Assembly (NCBI GenBank): GCA_964016885.1
Contig: OZ024740.1
Span: forward strand, 342,612,001-342,676,000
Source of the DNA: Eledone cirrhosa
Taxonomy: Eukaryota
Direction of reading: 5' to 3'
Length of the DNA: 64,000 nt
Positions 52,255 to 64,000 of this stretch are shown one piece after another. How positions within the stretch are numbered: the stretch's first letter is position 1; each line of letters opens with the position of its first letter. A program made the position numbers and the translations under genes. The notes under the pieces are model-generated. The model made no database searches, had not been told where the DNA came from, and saw only the letters and a list, made by a program, of their open reading frames with translations.

Positions 52255-52890
52255 TAAATGCTGTTCTACTGAAGCATTTCAAGTATCTTGGAGCCTTGTT
52301 CATGAGTGATGGAATGCAGGAGTCTGAATTAAGTGCAACAATTTCAAAAGCTGATGCAGTAATGCGCCAGCCTCAGCATTCAGCAATCAGATGAAGGGGT
52401 GTTGATGTAAAAGCCAAACTTGCTGTCTTCCTGGTATTCCTGCCAACTCTTACCGAGGATCATGAATATTGAGTAATGTCCAAAAGAATACAATTGCAAA
52501 TAAAAGTGGCAGAAATGGGATTCCTCTGAAGGGTCTTTGGAGTAATGTTACTTGATAAAGTGCATAGCTCAGAGACCAGAGAGTCACTCCTGGTAGAGCC
52601 GTTACTTCTCTGAATTGAGAGATCACAACTCTGATATTATGAGTATGTGGTTAGAATATCTCAGTAAAGAATCGCTAGACACATTTTACAGACAAAACCA
52701 ACTGGCAAGAGACCCAGAGGTAGACCCTGAGCAAGATAGTTGGATAACATCCATCAGCTTGGCTGGTCACGCTTTGGGATCCAGCTGGATCAGTTAAAGA
52801 TGTTTGCTACTGACAGACTCGCTGGACGGAGTGTTTGAGAAGGACTCTGCCTCCACAACCCTCTCAGAAATAAGTGGGTGAAGAAGATAC
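52255..52890 (+). mobile_element. 3' remnant of a distinct RTE-group LINE
   Basis: FKYLGALFMSDG, AEMGFL and RPRGRP motifs. Confidence 0.7.
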
Positions 52891-53282
52891 TGTCAATTTA
52901 CATATATTTATATGAATATATATTTGCATATAATACCAATATGCACACTACATACAGTAGCAGAAAAACCGCCCAAAGGGCGCTTTTTCTGGTAGTGTAT
53001 ATAATGTAAAATGAAATTGGAGTGCCCATATATATGTGTGTGTGTATGCGGGTGTATGTGACCTATATACACTGGTCACAGACAGGCATATATATATATA
53101 TATATATGCACACATACACACATATATAATGTATGTATATACACATAATGTATGTATACACACACACAATGTATGTATATACACACATATATATATATAA
53201 CAAAGGAAGTGTGGTAAGGAACCAGGTGGACCATAACGTCCCAGAGTACTCGATACTATGCCTAGTAGAGTGGGTAATAGGA

Positions 53283-53372
53283 CCCCAACGGCTGAGCTCC
53301 GGTCGTTTTGACAGCTATTTCTGAACACAGTATTGTTAGCACAGCAGTAGCCTGGCTGAACTTATCAAGGGG
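53283..53372 (-). ncRNA. Degenerate hammerhead with extended stem II, in a Penelope-like terminus
   Basis: CCCC-UUGAUAA-(long insert)-CAAAA-CGAC-CGGAGCUCA-GCCG-UU/GGGG. Core mutated by transitions. Confidence 0.35.
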
Positions 53373-53749
53373 TAATTCCATATATGGGCATGCACTCGTG
53401 TCAAGGAGATCTGAAAGTTGTTGCTATCAGGGGAGTGGTCAAAGTTTTTGTAAGCACAGTTAAGTTCCTAATATGTTGCAAAGGATTTTCTTCTTGGAAA
53501 AGAGAGGGGGGAACTCGACTCCACCCCCTCCGAGTTTTCTTTACCATGTTTCGTATTTTTTTTTAAATTTTATTTATTTGTTTTTTTTCCTGTGCTACCA
53601 CCTAATCTTACTTCCGAACATGCTACGAAGGACATTTTTTTTCCCACGGAAAACGAAATGAGAGGGGAAGGGCTTGAATTTTTTAACGGACCCGGGATTA
53701 GGATTGGGGTCAGGTTAGGGTTAAAGCAAACTTCCACAATGAATCTTAC

Positions 53750-53859
53750 TAGAATTATGTTAAGAGTACATGTATCTGTGGATGAACAGGCTGCTCTGTT
53801 GACTGAACAACTGGAACATTCAACTGTCAAAACCAACATAGGTGCATCGGTCATTGTAG
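53750..53859 (-). other. Candidate upstream exon (TMTDAPMLVLTVECSSCSVNRAACSSTDTCTLNIIL); gene assignment unclear
   Basis: attttcag| ... |gtaaga with one open frame. Its phase-0 end does not join exon A directly. Confidence 0.3.
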
Positions 53860-54754
53860 CTGAAAATAATACTTTAGTTTTCAACAAGCATGGCTCGGAT
53901 AACCCTCATTGTCTATGGTACTGCCTTGGTGTTCTTTAGCTTCTTTAAAAGCAATACAGCCAATGACTGTGTATGTGACATTATTTAAACATTTTTTCAT
54001 TGTTTTAATATAACCTGCCAACGGAATGATACATCATCAGTATGTGACCTCAGTTCCAGAAATTTACTTTCACTTTCTTTAGTCCCACCCTTGCAAGCAA
54101 GGAAAAGCGGACGTAAAATGATGATGATTTCTTTCTCAACCTAAAATAATATTTAACATGCGCTCTGTTCATGCTGTAAAGTGTTCATTTTGGTGCCACG
54201 ATAAAAGGCACCCAGTCCACACTGTAAATGTGGTTGGTGTTAGGAAGGGCATTCACCTGTAGAAACCAAGCCAGAAACAGTTCTGTATGACAAGATATGG
54301 TCATTTGATCTCACTTGTCTCACAAGGCAACCCGTCTATCCCATGCTAGCATGGAAAATGGATGTTAAACGGTGATGATGATAATCATTGATGCATAGCT
54401 CTAAATGTGTATCACAAGAAAGAAGGTAATAGTGTTAATCTTCTGTTATAATTCCATTTACATCTAGGAATATTTTATATAAATATCAGATCCATCCCCA
54501 GTAATTGACTAGTACTTTATTTTATTGAAAGACAAAGTTGACCTCAGTAGAATTTAAATTCAAAACATAATGGGCCGTAACTAAATGCTGCAGGCATTTT
54601 GTTCAATGCTCTAAAGATTCTGCCAATCCACATCTGACTTCTGCCGGCAGAGAGGGTACTGTAATTGATAAATGTTTTGTTAGTTTCCATTGTTAGGTTC
54701 AAATCTTCTCAAGTGGGCCATCAAGAGACTTACATAGTCGTTTGGCTTGTAAGA

Positions 54755-55038
54755 AATAATTATTTCTACTTTTGGCACAAGGCCAGCAATTACTCCAGTG
54801 CATTACTGGTGCTTTATTTTATCGACCCCATAAGGATGAAAGGCAAAGAGAAATAATTGTTTCTACATTAGGCACAAGGCCAGCAATTACCCAGTGCATT
54901 ACTGGTACTTTATTTTATCGACCCCGTAAGGATGAAAGGCAAAGTTAACCTTGGCAGGATTTGAACTCAGAATGGCAAGGGCCGTAACTCTATACGTCAA
55001 AGCATGGCGTCTGACCCTCTACCAATACTGCCAATCCA
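54755..55038 (-). mobile_element. Partial plus full Nin/Deu-type SINE
   Basis: Same consensus. Confidence 0.9.
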
Positions 55039-55152
55039 AATAGCCTCAAATCATACATCTCCTTAAAAACAGAGAAAACACATTGATTAATGTAGTCCTA
55101 TATACAGAAGTTGTGCTCATCACAATTGAAATACCATTTTTGATCATAGGTT

Positions 55153-55720
55153 TTCTCAGATCTGAAGAAAGTAATAGATAATTCTGAGATTGTTTAAAAT
55201 GTGAAAACTGTTTTGTTTTTTTTTCTACTATTAAACATACCTATTAAAAATTAAAATCTTTCCTTTCATATTATCTGACTTAATGTCAAATTTCTTCACT
55301 TTTATTGCCACCCCACCTTTCCTAAAAAAGAAGAATTATTAGTTTCTATGAGACATTATGCAGCTGCTAGGAGGGAGACCTTCCACTTTTGGAATGTGAA
55401 AAATTCTACAATTTTAGCCATAATTGTTAGAAACAAACATTTTTCCATTTTAATCTAACTTAAAATGTCAACCATGTTGAGAATTAATCACTTTACTACA
55501 TGTCACCCATGGTCAGATATGTCATGAAATATATTCTACATTTGTTAAAATAGATAATTTTGATATTTTTCAATGTAAAACTCTCCATTTTCACTATTAA
55601 ACATATTTGTTAGAAATTTAAAATGTTGCCTCATTCCATCTAACTTCACGATTATTGATCTTTTTTGCTCCAAAAAATATTACTTGTTTATATAAGACAT
55701 TCTGCAGCTGGTAGGATGAA
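55153..55720 (+). repeat. Diverged local direct duplication, ~200-bp units
   Basis: TAGATAATT...ACTATTAAACATA...AGACATTMTGCAGCTGSTAGGA occurs at 55155 and 55551. Confidence 0.6.
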
Positions 55721-58719
55721 AAGAATCAGTAATCATTTATTTTTTTTTTCATGTTTGATTGATAAATATAATTTTTTTTCAGGGATTTTCATGTAGATAT
55801 TCAGCGTTCAGGACTGCACACAAGGGAGGGGTGGATGGGGGTCAAAGCTCAAAGGGTTAACAGCAATTGATGTTCAATCAGAGCTGACCTGGTACTAAAC
55901 TGAACTGAACACCCTTTTATAGTATCATTTCAATGCCTCTTTATTTTTCGTTCAACAAAATAATAATTAAAGAACATTCAATTTAATAAAATGTATCATT
56001 TAGAACAACAATTAACTGAAATAATAGAAATGAACTTAACATTTCTGTGAACAAAAAAATATTTTATATTAACCAGCAGCAGTAAAAATTTCAACTGGCT
56101 CCAGTGACTGCCATGATGTGTCATGTGGTATAACATTTGATATACTGCACCCAATAACAAACATATATATATATGGTATATCACATTCTGTAATAACCCC
56201 CAGCAAGTCATAATATAATAGTTTCCAGAACCAACACTATACAGCAGCCAACTTTATTCAATAGTGATTTTGAAAGAGTTTTTACAAAGAATATAAGTGG
56301 CATTCTACTGAATTAGAATAACTGTTGTTATTACTCTTGGGAGTTGTGTTTCTTTTTAGACAAACAGGATGATGACCTTTCATTTACACAATGTCTTTCT
56401 TTATTTGTTTCTTTAAATTCACATTGAATGGTGGTTCAAAAGATGATTGATATTAAAAGTATTGATGGTCATTTTTAAGAGTTAGGAGACAGATTCATGG
56501 CAGCTCCAAAGCCATTCAACTGAGAAAAAATTTATTTTATGGAAGAATTACATATGATTAGCAAGTTTTGATACACAGGACAAAACAATTGATTTTAATC
56601 ATACAAGGGATTGCTAATCTCAGTACTGAAAAGTTTTTCAACTGAAATGCTAATCTATATCACAATTTTCAATTTTCAATTTTCTTTAAATTCCAGTTTA
56701 TATATGGTTTTGTCATAGTGCAAGACAATGTTTTTGTCAGTTGATTCATATGATTACTCATTCAAAACAATGTATATAACAACCCAAATTAACAGACTAG
56801 GAAACGATTCCTGATGGCCAATTTCTGATTAGCATACAGTAAATTAATAGACCAACATAATGTTATTTTGTAGACTATATATATATATGGCAGTGCTCCA
56901 GCATGACCTCAGCCTGTACGTTGGAACACATAATAGAATAGAATATAGCAGGGAAAGTGGACATTAAGACAATGATGAAGATTATGATATATATATGTGT
57001 TTGTGTTGATAGTGTGTGTTTGTAGATATATGTATATGTAGCAAGCATATCTTTTAGCAAAAGAAACAGAAATGCATGCTACACATACTTATATGTACAA
57101 ACACTTATATCTGCCTTTTACATACCTTTACACACACATACACACCTATCTTTTAACTCATTCCAATTCTCCAATATCTATCTCATGGACCAATTACTCA
57201 AGAATCATGTTGTGTTTGATATGAAGGGGAGCAATATAATTAAGGATATGTACCTGAAAAGAAATGGGTGGATAAACTATAAAATAATTGTTTCTACTTT
57301 TGGCACAAGGCCAGCAATTACCCAGTGCATTACTGGTAAAATAATAATATGTACCAACATACAAAAAACAGTAGAGAATTGATGTTATCAATAAGAGAAG
57401 TTTTACCAAATCCTTGTATAATTTTATGGAATAATGGTATGAATTAGACAAGTATGAAGTTTAATTTTTTAATGTCTTTGAAAACTGTTTAGTCAGGGAG
57501 GCAAGAGCAATGCCTGTGGCCATTTTTAATGCTTCAAAGACTAGTGCTAAGGAGCGCTAGTCTTCCAACATCCATGGAGTGGTGTTAAACCAGTGAGGGA
57601 TTAAGTCTACCATAGACCAAATTAAGCCCTTTTGAGATCCTAAAAACTTAAAAGATTGTAGTACCTCCTCTTCATATATAAAGTTAGCAAAAAAAAACTT
57701 TTGGTAGGGAATGACAAATGCATTTCATTTGAATAAAATGATTCCTTTCTTCCCTTGATACCTGCACATATGCTTATTTCTCTTAATCATTAACCCAGCC
57801 CCAGGTCTACCACTCCATACATCTCATTTCTTGCAATTCTAGTGCACAGCTCTTCATTTAACATGTCTTCTCTCCAGACTACATAATCAGATCAAGTCAA
57901 TTACCTCATTTTCATACAGTCAATGACATAGTCATATTATCTATTTCTTTAGTTCACACAGAAATCATAATCAACTTGTCTCCACTATACAATCTACATA
58001 TCAACCATTTCTGAAATAGGACTATGGCATTTATCACTCATTGCTTAATACCACAGAAATTGGAATAAGTCTTCCTGCTGAATTAGACTGTACAATTAAT
58101 TACACAAATATTTGATGGGTTAATTTTAGGGATGGAATTTAGCCATTATTGACTTATTTACCAATATTTCATTGTTAATAAAATAATTACTTTGGAAATA
58201 ATTAATACTTTGTTAATTGGTGAGAAATTGATGACATATGTCTCGTTTGATATGAAATAAAATCTGTAAATGTATAAATGTAAAAAAAAACTAACTTCAG
58301 ATTTGTGCTGTCTGTGATTAGTGTTAGTGTTAACATATAATGCACAATTTTTATACAAAAAAAATCTGAGCAACCATTTTAAAAATAAAATGAGCAAGAA
58401 TTTTAAGAAAATGATATGATTCTTAAAATGATCAAAGATAATCTTGTTATTCTTTTCATCAATTGTAAAGTTTCACTGTTTAATTGGGGTGTGTTGAAAG
58501 CAGACCAGTTCTTTCTGAAGGCAGCGGACCTAAAACTAAAAGATGAAATGTTATTATAATTTACTTAAACAGTTATGTACTTGACATGGAAATTATCTTT
58601 TTAATTTGATGAATTTTAAAGGAAATGACAATATAGATTGAAGAAATAAGTGTCAGGAAAAGGTGTTTAGGAGAATTAAATAGCAATTTATAGGATTTGC
58701 CTGGATTTGCAACCGGTAG

Positions 58720-58828
58720 TTAGTATTAGCAATTGGAAAGACCAATGGAAACATTGTTTCCTTGGTCCGATTTGACGAGCTCCACTCCACTCATTAAGCG
58801 AATGAGGTCTGGGATCTTGTCAATCGAC
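58720..58828 (+). repeat. ~100-bp segment also present at 62100-62195, SINE-associated
   Basis: Shared CAATGGAAACATTGTTTCCTTGGTCC...GAATGAGGTCTGGGATCTTGTCAATCGA. Confidence 0.7.
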
Positions 58829-59969
58829 ATATATTATATGAAAAACATCTGGGGTTTTGGGCTCACGATTGTAAAGTCATTGTTTTGATGCTCTAACCAG
58901 GTGGTACATTGTGACCTTGAGCAAGGCACTTCATTTCATGTTGCTCTAGTTCATTCATCTAAAAAAATGACTATCAACTCATCCAAAAGGCAGTTTTATA
59001 TTCTCAGTAGTTTAACACCCTAAGTTCTGAGGCTCAAGATAGACCTTTTTTTTTAATAGGAATTTTTAGTTCAATAAAATGAGATAATTTTGTGGAATAG
59101 TTCTGTTGGCACTGTTTGATCAGTTATTTCCTGTGTTAATGGAATTTCATTTTTCCAAAAGTTGAATGTTGTTGCATGATTATTAAAGTATATATATAAG
59201 AGTATATTTGTAAAATGATGATGAACTTGATACTATAATTGTAATTTCTCCTCAGATCTTCCAAACTACATGTTGTATATACTATGCAGAGAATAAACTT
59301 TTTTTGACAGTAGAAATAATTACTTGAACTTCTTCCACCACCTCTATTCATACATTGATCTCTGTACTATTGCTTGATCTGATCTAAATCTGCCGTTAAT
59401 TATATCAGCTAAAAAATAATGAAAATTTAAGGAGACTGGTGTTGAGCTGTGTCAGCAGCAGTTAGCCCTTAAGAGTGTTCCTAGAGATTACTAACACTAA
59501 ATTCTTCACTCCTCATGACAACTGAGCTTATCAAACTCTTCTCAGAACTCTCTAACAAAACTTGCCTATATGACTGATCAAGGTGTTGGCTACTTCACTG
59601 TAACTGCTCAACTAAAGTTCTGATCCCTACATATACTTACTCACTAGTTATACTGTCTATACAATATTAAGTTTAAGCTTATTCCTGCATACCAACAAAG
59701 TCACTTCTCTGCTAGAAACTAGTACATTAGTTTATTTTACTTAAGTGCTGAAACCCATTCTTCAAGTCTTAACCATCTGTTTTCAGTTCTTTGACAGTAA
59801 TTTTTATGTGTATTTTGTTCTTTGTGAATGTTTTAAGATAAATATAAAGAGAAGAGGGTTGATGACAGAGTCTCGATGGATATCTACCTACATTTATTTC
59901 TGCATTATATATCATCATATATATATATATATATATCTTATCAAATGATTCTATGGACATAATTTATAG

Positions 59970-60003
<34 letters not shown>

Positions 60004-61123
60004 CACATATATATATATATATACATAATTAACATAATTAAATTAGTTTGTAATACTTCATGCTGGATCGGCAACTGGTATGTAGATTTTCATGATAAAT
60101 GTCCCTAAATTGAAGAATGCTTCCCTGATAAATTCGTGAATTCTTCAAATATTGGTCTTTTCCAATACTTGCTCCTTCCACGAATGAAACGATGGGAGGG
60201 AGATCGATATATAAGTGAGATAGACTAAAAATTGTTTTCGGTCTGTGTGGCTTATACTCCCATAAATAGAGTTTTTTCTCTTAAATTTAAGATATATGTA
60301 TATTTAAATTTAAGGTATATATATATTGTTCAAATTACATGTCTTTAAGGTTTAGTCAGAGCAGGAATGACACTGCCCATGACCTTTGCAGGGCATCAAG
60401 ACTGGTGGTAGTGGGGACCAAAACTCATGGGTTATTTTTTTATCAAAAGCTGGTTCATATGCTTGCATAAGAATAAGTGCAGCTAAATGCACCTAAGAGC
60501 CAGGTAGTGGTTTTAAACTGAACAAAGGACTAAGTGTGCTATATACTGTGAAAATTGCATAACAAAAAATATGTAAATAATTACAATCTATCTCACAGCC
60601 TATGGCAGTAGATTGTTAGAATTGTTAAAGCATCAGACAAGAGGCTTTGCTGCATTTGTTCTGACTCTTTATATTCTAAATTTAAATCCTGCCTTGGCTT
60701 ACTTGGGTGGTAGATTTCATTTGTCAACCAGAATAACACCACTGCCTGGAACTTGGGTACTTGGCTGCCTTTAGCAGAATCTGCTCTGTTGCAGGTCTCC
60801 TATTTGAGACTACCTTTCTTCCTCTCATCAATTTTGGAAGTCCTGAAAAAGGTGGTTGGCACTGTTTTTTCCCTCCTGCTTAACTAAACAGTCAAACACG
60901 CACACACATGCATTCATATGGCACATACACACCTATATGTGGCTCTCTAGTAATAAAGTATTTAAACGAACAAAAAAGAGAATAACTTCACAACTTTGTA
61001 AAGAGAGTAAAATATCTAGAAACCTGATAAGTTTAAGTAAGCAGGGTTACAGAAATAAAGAAAGTCTATATTGACTCTTTCTTTATTTTATTGATTTGTT
61101 CTTTTTGCAAGCCATAAACATTA

Positions 61124-61310
61124 TACGAGGGTAGGCTAAAAAGTTCATTGGCTGACTATGAAGGAGTGATGTTAGAGCTATGAAATCTTGCATGCATAAA
61201 TTTCAACTCTTCTTATTAATAACTGCATTTTTTTTTTCCAGGGATTACCTCATTTGGTCATTCCCTGAGAGTATCTTGATCAGCCTATAAACTTTTCAGC
61301 TGACCTTCAA
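61124..61310. mobile_element. Mariner-type MITE
   Basis: TACGAGGGTAGGCTAAAAAGTTCATTGGCTGA is mirrored by TCAGCCTATAAACTTTTCAGCTGACCTTC. Confidence 0.7.
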
Positions 61311-61534
61311 TTTGAAATTTGCTTCTTAGTTGGAGAAAGAAAATATGGCCTATAGTAGTAATTCCCCATCTCACAGCCATACAGTTTACAACCTTGTGAT
61401 GACGAAAACACAAGATTTTGTTTGCTCAGTGTAGTCAAGTAACATTTGGCCAAGTCTGTACTAAGATAAGTGAGTGATTATGTAATCTAGGTGCTATAAA
61501 CAATTTTAACAAGCCAATAATGGAGACTCTATAC

Positions 61535-61829
61535 CAGGCATGGGCAACCTTTTTAGAGAAGTGGGCCGCATGAGATATGGTTCATCATCAGGCGGGCTGC
61601 AAGCGCTAATTTTTACATTCATGCCCACATTAAAAAAAAGGGGGCGGTAACTCAGGTTGTTTTGATTTGTTTCTTCTGAATTCGTACACATTGTTTTCCT
61701 CGATCGTAAAAATGATAGAAAGATCAATTACTACCGAAAAGTTGGGGTAATAAAATCAGAAAGATTTCACTTAGATGACTTAGGCGAGACACTCAGAAAG
61801 ATTCGCGGGCCGCAGGTTGCCCATGACTG
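61535..61829. mobile_element. hAT MITE, 295 bp
   Basis: TIRs CAGGCATGGGCAACCT / AGGTTGCCCATGACTG with a perfect 8-bp TSD CTCTATAC. Confidence 0.92.
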
Positions 61830-62728
61830 CTCTATACTGTCACTTGAACTGCTAAAAATAGCAGCCATATCTTCCTTAAATTACACCATGCCATTTTTTT
61901 TAGAGCAAATTAATTTAATCTAAAGGTGTTGAATATTATATGCATAATTATAATTTATAATTGATTTTAATTATATCTTTGAAACCACGTGGCTTAGTGG
62001 TTAGAGAGTTGGATTAGCAATCGTGAGGTTTCAATTCTCAAACCGGGTGGTGCATTGTGTCCTTGAGCAAGACACTCTATTTCATAGTCCGACCAGTAGA
62101 TAGTATCAGCAATGGAAACATTGTTTCCTTGGTCCAATTTGATGAGGTCCATCCCACTCTGCAGGTGAATGAGGTCTGGGATCTTGTCAATCGATTAAAA
62201 AAATATATATCTTTAAAAAAATAGTTTCAATGAATATTTCACCTTTTATTTGACTATGTTTTCACACAGTTTGTCTCTCAACCAATTTGTTCTTCTACAA
62301 ATATTGTATATACTCATGTATAAGTTGCATCTTCCCATTTCCACGAAAATACATGAAAATCATGTAACTTTTCTACTACTGAACCTACAAAACTTCAATT
62401 CAAGAAGTATGTTTTTCATGAATGTCTTTTGACCCATGTATATTTCGACTAATAAGTTTTCAGTGAATGTTTCTAGACCCTTTTTATATATCGTTACCTG
62501 TAAATTTCCCCTTTCATTGAGTTGAAATAAGTATACTTACATCTGTCTGGTGTGACATTGAGCAATGACAATATACAAAAATGTCAGTATAAACTTCAAC
62601 AAATGAGATGTTTTAAAGATATCTTGTCAACTTAAGATGATTAAGATGTTCATTTATAAAATGATTAGCTTTGTTAATTAAATGTGGCATCTAGAAATGC
62701 TGTGCTGTCATCATGTATCTTATGTATT

Positions 62729-62805
62729 TTATGTCCTTCTAGAAGGGCCTGCTTCAGGTGCATCAAGACTTTTACGCTTGTATTTATTAGCATCATTAGT
62801 ATAAA
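62729..62805 (-). CDS. Candidate terminal coding exon (V)YTNDANKYKRKSLDAPEAGPSRRT*
   Basis: ataatttcag| acceptor and a protein-like basic tail. Phase-1 compatible with the micro-exon at 63251-63270. Confidence 0.4.
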
Positions 62806-63250
62806 CTGAAATTATAGAAATCAAAATATATTAAACTAAGATTTAAGAAAAGCAACATTTAAATGTTGTGTAAATGCTTAGTAGATAGCAGTTTAAAGTA
62901 TTTAAATATTTTTCTCTTCTCTGAAATACATACATTGAATACAATTATATTAATCCACATGCTTGAATCAATATATACATACTTAAGAAAAATGTAAATA
63001 CTATAGGTAATCATTTCTGTTGGCAAAAAAGTTTTAACATTAAATTATCCCCAGAATGCTTAGTTTGTCATTGATAAAACAATTTGTAAAATTTTGTTCT
63101 TTTATTAAACTCCTCCAAATATTTGGTTATTTTCAAAATTAATTGAAACCTATGGGCAGCATATTTCAATACAAGTATGGTAATAAAAGGGTCAATGAAC
63201 TGTCTTTGTCCAAAGACATAAAAGAACATTTTCAGTTAATTTAAACTCAC

Positions 63251-63270
63251 CAGCCATCACCAATGATCTG
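63251..63270 (-). CDS. Candidate 17-20 nt micro-exon (RSLVMA)
   Basis: gtttag|cag tandem acceptor and strong donor CTG|gtgagt. Confidence 0.3.
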
Positions 63271-63874
63271 CTAAACATATACACTCTTTTTCTTTTCACA
63301 TAAACATATATTACACATTGATATACAAACATACTCTCATATATATATTACGTTGTCATAATTCACACATTTTACATAAATTTACTTCAATATTAAAAAG
63401 GAAATCATGTTAAAGATTAAATGAAATAAAAATAAGAGTTAATGAGTTTTGAAAACAGAATCAGTAAGAAATATAGTGTTCCACTTATCTCTGATATGAT
63501 TTAATTATTTCCAATTTTGATAATTTTTCGCCACCTATCTTGACAACAGATTTATGTATTAATCTTTAGCACGCTAATAATTTTTATGAGTTGTTTCCCA
63601 TTATCTATTATGGGGAAATTACTTTTATGGCACCCTCTGTCGCCCACAGCGCGTTGAAGGTTAAAAAAGGTGTTGATAAGAAGTTGTTAATCCTCCATTT
63701 GTTAGCAACCAAATACTCTCTTTAACTCCCCATGGAAATACTACTTATAAATCCACTATTATTAAGGCTTTAGTAAATTTATTAATCAAACTAGCTGCCA
63801 AGAATACATTATATAATCAAAGCCTCAATAATAGTGGATTTATAAGCAGTATATTAATTTTATTTTCCTTACAG

Positions 63875-63938
63875 GTTCAAATCTTTAATTGAAGAAGATA
63901 AAAGTTTACTATCAGAGAAAGAGATCACAAATGTTTAA
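63875..63938 (+). CDS. Candidate plus-strand terminal exon FKSLIEEDKSLLSEKEITNV*
   Basis: Strong acceptor ttttattttccttacag|G, 20 open codons, stop overlapping AATAAA. No partner exons identified. Confidence 0.25.
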
Positions 63939-64000
63939 TAAATGAGTAGTCAGAAATTATTAGAATTCTAATTGAAAAGTGTTAGAGATAAGTGAAACAC

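Noticed and set aside
53698-53724. Telomere-like GGTTAGGGTTA
   Set aside because: Only one or two degenerate units, typical of a DNA-transposon subterminal remnant.
60050-60260. Possible Penelope coding remnant with a partial hammerhead
   Set aside because: Only the GAAA half is visible and the peptide is too short to support a call.

Overview
AT-rich, repeat-dense animal DNA, most likely from an octopod cephalopod. This is inferred from the Nin/Deu-domain tRNA SINEs, RTE LINEs with (GAT)n tails and TA/TG microsatellites; the species cannot be determined from sequence alone. Most ORFs in the supplied track are transposon debris or noise. Reading splice sites by hand gives two minus-strand genes. 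(1) A phase-consistent chain of nine short exons, 46355 down to 11730 (about 364 codons), encodes the C-terminal half of an RGSL1/RGS22-like multi-RGS-domain protein that the ORF track misses entirely. (2) Downstream of it, exon 2254-1528 is the first coding exon of a secreted protein of the invertebrate GPR158/179-ectodomain-like family, which continues beyond position 1. The introns hold two near-full-length RTE LINEs (one with only three disabling lesions and a C4HC3 finger inside the RT), many RTE fragments, a mariner remnant, hAT, piggyBac and mariner MITEs, and about 25 SINEs. The most notable hidden signals are: Penelope-type hammerhead ribozyme motifs, including a near-canonical one in sense orientation inside a 430-bp palindrome; five CRE-clade retrotransposon remnants within about 5 kb; a twin-priming inversion in an RTE; a possible CpG/ETS internal promoter for a short RGS isoform; and an inverted-repeat-flanked 219-nt two-exon block that could circularise in frame. 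I do not see a clearly new biological system. All homology calls are from recalled motifs and need database confirmation.
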